A stretch of 64,000 nucleotides of DNA from an archaeon GW2011_AR20 (GTDB lineage Archaea; Nanobdellota; Nanobdellia; SCGC-AAA011-G17; GW2011-AR20). A program made the position numbers and the translations under genes. Below the pieces are notes generated by a model. It ran no database searches. It saw only the letters and a list, made by a program, of their open reading frames with translations, and had not been told where the DNA came from. The DNA is taken from assembly GCA_000830315.1 (NCBI GenBank), contig CP010426.1:588663-652662 (forward strand). Direction: 5' to 3'. Below are positions 58,653-64,000 of the stretch, piece after piece (position 1 is the stretch's first letter; every line of letters starts with the position of its first letter).

Positions 58653-59501
58653 TTGATGAAACATACTTTATTCATAACAATTACATTGGCATTATTATTT
58701 TTGGCGTCTCACGCAATGGGCCTGGTTATAATCGATGAATATCTGCCAAAAACATTATCAACAGGAGAAATTGTTGAAAGAGAACTGCCTTTGAACATTG
58801 AAAGACCCGAGGTAAGGGAAGAAACTTCATTTATTCCAATATTTTTTATAATATTATTTGCAACAATAATCGCACTGCTGTTTATCAAATTCCAGTTATT
58901 CAAATTATGGAAACTCTGGTTTTTTATTTCAATAGCATTAACATTAATAATTGCGTTCTCTGCATTCATTAATCAGGTTTATGCAATCATTTTGGGAATT
59001 GTTCTGGCTTTAATGAAATTATTTAAGCCAAGCACAATAATGAACAATTTAATCGAGATATTCATTTACGGCGGATTAGCTGCCATATTTGTTCCAATAT
59101 TTAATCTGCTCTCAATAAGCATTTTGTTGATATTAATTTCAATATATGATGCCTATTCTGTCCTGAAAAGCAAGCACATGATCAAACTGGCTAAATTTCA
59201 GACAAAAGCAAAAGTATTTACTGGCTTGAGCATTCCATACCAATTTAAGAAAGAGAAAAGAAAGATTGAATTTACAACAGCCATTCTTGGAGGGGGCGAT
59301 ATTGGATTCACATTGTTTTTTTCAGGCGTAATCTTAAAAGAATTTAATTTGCTTGCTGCGTTAATAGTTTCATTCGTTACAATGCTTTCATTGCTTGTTT
59401 TATTGTTTTACGGAAAAAAAGGAAAATTCTATCCTGCAATGCCCATATTGACAATGGGATGTTTCTTAGGCTATTTGACAGTTAAATTTATATTATTTTA
59501 A
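58653..59501 (+). CDS. Presenilin/signal-peptide-peptidase-like intramembrane aspartyl protease (A22 family)
   Basis: Multi-TM protein with YD (ISIYDAYSV) and GxGD (LGGGDIGF) motifs in adjacent TM segments, and a PAL-like YPAMP near the C-terminus. Confidence 0.55.
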   Translation: MMKHTLFITITLALLFLASHAMGLVIIDEYLPKTLSTGEIVERELPLNIERPEVREETSFIPIFFIILFATIIALLFIKFQLFKLWKLWFFISIALTLIIAFSAFINQVYAIILGIVLALMKLFKPSTIMNNLIEIFIYGGLAAIFVPIFNLLSISILLILISIYDAYSVLKSKHMIKLAKFQTKAKVFTGLSIPYQFKKEKRKIEFTTAILGGGDIGFTLFFSGVILKEFNLLAALIVSFVTMLSLLVLLFYGKKGKFYPAMPILTMGCFLGYLTVKFILF

Positions 59502-59960
59502 AGTAGTAACAAAATTGAAAGATTTATAAACTAGTTAATTTAATGAATAATATGGTAAAAGACTTAAGATATGCTAAAGAAAGGAGAATTAAGGATATGA
59601 ATAGTAGAATAGAGTCTACTCAAGTAATTAATCCACTAACTGGTCAACCATATTTAGATGATAAATACCCTAAAGTAAGAAGACTTGAAGATCCTATTCA
59701 AACCCACCTTAGGATGATGTAAGAAAGAAATTCATCTGAAGAAAATCATAAACAAGGATTTTTAAAAAATCTTGCAGATGCGCTGCATTTTATTGATAGG
59801 GCTTTAGAATATAGAATAAAATTTCATATTTTTAAAATAAGCCCAACAAAAAAATAAGTGAGTTAGAAAGCAAGATTGAAAAAAACCCATATAACAATAT
59901 GATAGAGAATGATTATATTAAAAATAACCTATATAAAATATTAAATTAAAAATTAAATAA

Positions 59961-62900
59961 TTATCTTATTCTAATAGCTTCCAAATTCTTCGGGGCATTT
60001 GTCTCTATCCTGAACATCTTATGCAAATTACTTGCTAAATCAAGGCAATTAGAATTATCCCCATGCAATAAAATTATTCTTTTCGGTTTTGGATTTAAAT
60101 GCCTGACAAATGATATCAATCTTTCTCTCGTGCTATGTCCTGTAAATCCCCTGATGGCTGCAATCTCCATCTTCAGAGAAATCTGTTTTCCGTCCAAGTT
60201 GAATTCTTTTTCGCCTTCCATTACTCTTCTTCCTAAACTTCCCCTGCCCAGGTAACTTGAAAATATCAATGAGTTTTTTGGATTATCTGATAATTCCTTG
60301 AAATATTCTACTGATGCTCCTCCAACCAGCATTCCGGAAGTCGCTAGAATAATGCAGGGACCAGATTGAATAACTTCCTGCATCTCCTGCCTTGATCCGA
60401 CCCTTTTAAAAACTTCATTCAAGAACGGATTTTGGTCTTTATGAAAAACCATCTTTCTTATGTTTGAATTAAAGAAATCAGGATATGCTGTATGTATTGC
60501 TGTAATATCCCAAACTGTTCCCTGCACGTAAACCGGAATTTTATCAAGCATTCCATTCCTGATCATTTTATCAATTATGACCATTATTTCCTGAGCTCTT
60601 CCTGTTCCCAAGACAGGCATCAAAACCTTTCCCCCTCTTTCAATTGTTTTTTTGATTGTATCAACTAAAATATCTTCTGCCTCTCTTCTGCTGGGGTAAT
60701 TTTCATTGCTTCCGCCGTAAGTTGCTTCCATTATCATTGTCTCTAATCTTGAGAATCTTGTCATAGCCGCGCTTAATAAATTACTTGTCTCATAATTCAT
60801 GTCCCCTGTATAAAGAATATTATGCAGCCCGTTTCCAATATTCAAATGAACCATTGCGCTTCCCAATGTATGTCCTGCATCATAAAATGTAATTCTAATG
60901 TCGGGGGTAATGTCAGTAACCTCATCATATTCTAATGTTATGGAATGCTTGACCATCTCTTTTATATCTGCACTTCCAAAAATTACCTTGCGGTTTTCTT
61001 TCTGGCTTACACTTATGTAATCAAGTGCCATTAAAGCTGCTATATCAAGTCCAGGCTCTGTATAATACACCGGTCCTTTAAAACCCATTTTATACAAGTA
61101 AGGGACAAATGCAGAGTTATGAACAACAACCCCATTAGCTACGAAATTTTGATTAGGTTCTACTTCTATATCAACCAAATAAGGATAAGGATTTTCTTTT
61201 TTCTCTATTTTTGTAATCTTTTGCCATATAACAGGCATTTCAACTAATTTTTTTAATTTATTAATATTATCTTGAGTTTTTAAGATTTTTATTTCTATCA
61301 GTTCATTTAATTTCTTATTCATCATTTCATAATATTTATCTTTTATATCAAAAACTTCCCTATTTTGAACGATTCCATAAGTAGTTTCAATCATTTGAGC
61401 AATATCTTTTCTAGGTAAAGAAATAGATTTTCTTTTTTTAGATATAGAAGAATTATTTTTCTCTTTTAAGTAAGTTAATCTTTCTTCAAGAAGTTCAATT
61501 AATTTATTAATGGTATTTTTATCTGCATAACTATTTCCTTTTCTTCTATACCGATCTAATAAAGCCGCTGGAAAATCGCTTATTTTAAATTCTTTATGGA
61601 CTTTTCCTAAAAATCCCGCATCCATTAAAATTTCTTTTAATTTAATTGAGGAAATAGGAATTATTTCTTTTAAATTCGTATCTCTCAATTTATTAACCAA
61701 GTTTTCTAATTTTAATTTTTTATCAATATGATTAAATCCAATTAAATTATAATACCTTTTAATAGAGTATGAAGAAGCTATATTAACAACCTTGTTTTTA
61801 TAATTTATATTGGATAATATCCCTAGTGTTGATAACATATGTTGTAGTGTTTCTAAAATTTTTTCTTGAGACGATGAAATTGATATGCAATTGTTTACAG
61901 AGCCTTCTGCATCGGCAATTCCTCTTAAAAATGCCCTTATAATATTATTTGAGCTAAAGATAATCTTTTCTGAGATATCTCTTTTTTTATTTTTTCCTAA
62001 AATTCCCTTAAAATTATCTTCAAAAAACTTCACAATGCCCGCATTATTTATTTCAATTATATGAGCATTTTTAGATTTATCCGGATGGTGTTTTAAAATA
62101 GGATCATAATTGAATATATTTTTTATTATATTTTTATATTCTTTTAAACAATCTGTTGACTGGTCAGTTATCCTAAATGTTCTTTCGCTTGCTAGTCCGC
62201 CGTCTCCAGTCATATATCCGGCCACTTGAGCCAATTCTTCATTAATATATTTAGGATAAACTGTCTTATTTATATTATACTTAGCCGCAAAATCATTAAA
62301 ATCAATTCCATAGAATCCTAAAATCTCTTTTAAAGTATTAATGTAAATATGCTTGTTCTTATTTTCCAGGTCAGAAATCAAATTTGTATGTTTTTTCAAA
62401 TGACTTACAATATAATCTTGAGTCCAATTCCTCTCTTTTCTTATAATTTTTAGTTTTTCAACTGCTTCTTGAGGTAATTCCAATCTTTCAAAATATTCCG
62501 GTTCTTTAAGTTCAATTCTTTTAAACTCATTTTCCTGTCCCATGTAACAAGGAATAACCATTCCTTCTCTTAAATTTTCAGCAGTGACTTCTTTAATTTC
62601 TAAATCTTTATCAATAACAAAAAATTTATGGTTTCTAGAAGATCCAATTGTATAATAAGATGTTTTAATTTTATAAATTTCTTTATGCTTTGTATTTTTC
62701 TTATAATTACATTTACCAATAACTCTCTTTCCAGTCTTCCAATCAATTCCAATTAATTTATCCCCTACTTTTATATCATCTATGGGCTTTATAGTTCCAT
62801 TTTCCAAATAAACGGGTGTATTTGGTGGTAAACAATGGTCAGCGTGCGCATGCGTAACAATAATAGCATCTAATTTGTTAATGTCAAATTCAGGGGCGTC

Positions 62901-63566
62901 CAGCATTGGATAAGAATCCTCTGGGTTATCTGCAGCAACATCTACTCCGCAGTCAAGCAATATTCTTGATTCAGGCGTCTGCAATAACAGGCATGATCTT
63001 CCTACCTGCCTTCCTGCCCCAAGAAAACTGATTCTGATCCATTCGTCTTTTTTCTCGTTTGTCCATCCGCCGTAAATTCTTTCACCGACCTTATTCAGGA
63101 ATTTTTTTCTGTAATCATTATGCTCGTATAAAACATCCCTTATTTTGTCTGTGATCTGGGATTTAATCGGGGGAGTTCTCCTGACTAAAGGAATCCAGAA
63201 TGTTTTTCTCTTTATTTCTTTTAATATATCCCCTGATTTTCCAATAGCTAACCCGGGCTTGCTGGCTTCTATTATAACCTTGCTTCTTGAAATATCAAAT
63301 ATGACGTTCGCCAAGCCAGCTTCTTCAGGAATTAATTTTTTAATCTCATTTTCTGCTTTTTCCTCTTCCATTAATAAGCTTTCATGAGGCCTTAACTCAA
63401 TTCTTTTTTTAACAGCTTCTACAATTGTTTTAATAACCTCGGAATTGTCCAAGAAAAATTCCTTGCTCTTGGTATAAAGAATAATATTTGCTCCTTCAAA
63501 TCCAGATTCAACTATGTTTGCGTTCTCTGGTACATACTTTAATACTTCTTTCAAAATTTCATTCAT
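59961..63566 (-). CDS. aCPSF1/FttA (KH-KH-metallo-beta-lactamase-beta-CASP RNA endonuclease) interrupted by an intein of about 573 aa
   Basis: N-terminal KH domains. The MBL motif THAHADH is immediately followed by the intein. The C-extein carries the beta-CASP and MBL motifs (GHTLGSA, ATYGG, LLHGD). Confidence 0.9.
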   Translation of the reverse strand: MNEILKEVLKYVPENANIVESGFEGANIILYTKSKEFFLDNSEVIKTIVEAVKKRIELRPHESLLMEEEKAENEIKKLIPEEAGLANVIFDISRSKVIIEASKPGLAIGKSGDILKEIKRKTFWIPLVRRTPPIKSQITDKIRDVLYEHNDYRKKFLNKVGERIYGGWTNEKKDEWIRISFLGAGRQVGRSCLLLQTPESRILLDCGVDVAADNPEDSYPMLDAPEFDINKLDAIIVTHAHADHCLPPNTPVYLENGTIKPIDDIKVGDKLIGIDWKTGKRVIGKCNYKKNTKHKEIYKIKTSYYTIGSSRNHKFFVIDKDLEIKEVTAENLREGMVIPCYMGQENEFKRIELKEPEYFERLELPQEAVEKLKIIRKERNWTQDYIVSHLKKHTNLISDLENKNKHIYINTLKEILGFYGIDFNDFAAKYNINKTVYPKYINEELAQVAGYMTGDGGLASERTFRITDQSTDCLKEYKNIIKNIFNYDPILKHHPDKSKNAHIIEINNAGIVKFFEDNFKGILGKNKKRDISEKIIFSSNNIIRAFLRGIADAEGSVNNCISISSSQEKILETLQHMLSTLGILSNINYKNKVVNIASSYSIKRYYNLIGFNHIDKKLKLENLVNKLRDTNLKEIIPISSIKLKEILMDAGFLGKVHKEFKISDFPAALLDRYRRKGNSYADKNTINKLIELLEERLTYLKEKNNSSISKKRKSISLPRKDIAQMIETTYGIVQNREVFDIKDKYYEMMNKKLNELIEIKILKTQDNINKLKKLVEMPVIWQKITKIEKKENPYPYLVDIEVEPNQNFVANGVVVHNSAFVPYLYKMGFKGPVYYTEPGLDIAALMALDYISVSQKENRKVIFGSADIKEMVKHSITLEYDEVTDITPDIRITFYDAGHTLGSAMVHLNIGNGLHNILYTGDMNYETSNLLSAAMTRFSRLETMIMEATYGGSNENYPSRREAEDILVDTIKKTIERGGKVLMPVLGTGRAQEIMVIIDKMIRNGMLDKIPVYVQGTVWDITAIHTAYPDFFNSNIRKMVFHKDQNPFLNEVFKRVGSRQEMQEVIQSGPCIILATSGMLVGGASVEYFKELSDNPKNSLIFSSYLGRGSLGRRVMEGEKEFNLDGKQISLKMEIAAIRGFTGHSTRERLISFVRHLNPKPKRIILLHGDNSNCLDLASNLHKMFRIETNAPKNLEAIRIR
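61116..62834 (-). other. Intein with a LAGLIDADG-type homing endonuclease inside aCPSF1
   Basis: Starts with Cys right after HAHADH and ends in VVHN with Ser +1. Internal motifs VAGYMTGDGG and LRGIADAEGS. Coordinates are from frame arithmetic, +/-3 nt. Confidence 0.75.
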
Positions 63567-63587
63567 TTTATCTTAAAGAAAAAATAA

Positions 63588-64000
63588 CTATAATGTAAAT
63601 TTAATTTCCTTTTCCAATACTTTCTTAGCCCCGTCTTTTGTTATTGTCACGACATCATAACCTGAACCAGATGCAACGTCCCTTTGTAATGCTGAGTTTA
63701 ACGCCTTTAATGCTAATTTAACCCCATCATCCACATTAATATCCTTGTTATAACCAGACTCGAGAACTCCCATCGCAAATTCAGAGCCGGATCCTTCGCA
63801 GTAATATTCATCCTGCAATGATACGCTTCCATCCACGCCAATGTCATATAAATGATATCCTTTGTCATCTCTTCCAGCAAGCATGAATCCAACTATTCCT
63901 GGAATAGTACTAAACTTTCTGATATTTCCATAAACTAATGAGCCTACTAGATTAGCAACTTCTTTTGTGCTGGGCTTTTTACCCCTTCTTATTGTATCCA
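63588..64000 (-). CDS. psmB: Proteasome beta subunit. The N-terminal part is truncated by the window edge.
   Basis: C-terminal region AMGVLESGY...LALKALNSALQRDVASGSGYDVVTITKDG. The reading frame stays open to the window end. Confidence 0.75.
   Translation of the reverse strand, partial: DTIRRGKKPSTKEVANLVGSLVYGNIRKFSTIPGIVGFMLAGRDDKGYHLYDIGVDGSVSLQDEYYCEGSGSEFAMGVLESGYNKDINVDDGVKLALKALNSALQRDVASGSGYDVVTITKDGAKKVLEKEIKFTL

Noticed and set aside
59570-59695. 41-aa ORF (MNSRIESTQV...) in the intergenic region upstream of aCPSF1
   Set aside because: No motif, an AT-rich context and atypical composition. It is likely non-coding promoter-region DNA.
1-64000. CRISPR arrays, or longer direct or inverted repeat pairs flanking the candidate island
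   Set aside because: Visual scanning found no repeat-spacer periodicity and no long terminal repeats. Only the 13-nt tandem at 3139 was seen. A computational repeat search would be needed to be sure.

Overview
The window is AT-rich (roughly 30% GC by eye) and is almost certainly from an archaeon, probably a small-genome DPANN-type lineage. This rests on five observations.

- It carries archaeal-type housekeeping genes: Pth2, pyruvoyl-dependent arginine decarboxylase, ribosomal proteins L10e and L35Ae, a two-subunit archaeal PheRS, an archaeal/eukaryotic-type TrpRS, aCPSF1/FttA, Mre11-Rad50, a PAC2 proteasome chaperone and a proteasome beta subunit.
- There is a stand-alone 5S rRNA.
- There are five tRNAs, four of them with introns, including a tRNA-Ile with anticodon UAU.
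- Two large inteins with LAGLIDADG homing-endonuclease motifs sit in a MoxR AAA+ ATPase and in aCPSF1.
- Several toxin-antitoxin pairs are present: HicAB, HepT/MNT, VapBC, and a RelE-like protein.

The parts most worth a second look:

1. An eight-gene, tightly coupled minus-strand operon at 38.7-45.6 kb. It is anchored by a MutL/MORC-type GHKL ATPase, the other seven genes have no family I can recognise, and it is flanked by toxin-antitoxin modules. I read it as a candidate novel conflict/defense or mobile-element system.
2. A two-member paralogous protein family plus a third unrelated-looking ORF that all end in a roughly 40-residue Gly/Arg-rich C-terminal module. The module is encoded by sharply GC-rich DNA (about 100 nt spikes) whose codon usage is foreign to the rest of the genome.
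3. Two inteins sitting in catalytic motifs.
4. An unusual tRNA set: Ile-UAU, and a tRNA whose intron appears non-canonical and whose isotype I cannot resolve.

All calls are from manual reading of the sequence and the ORF translations. No database searches were run.
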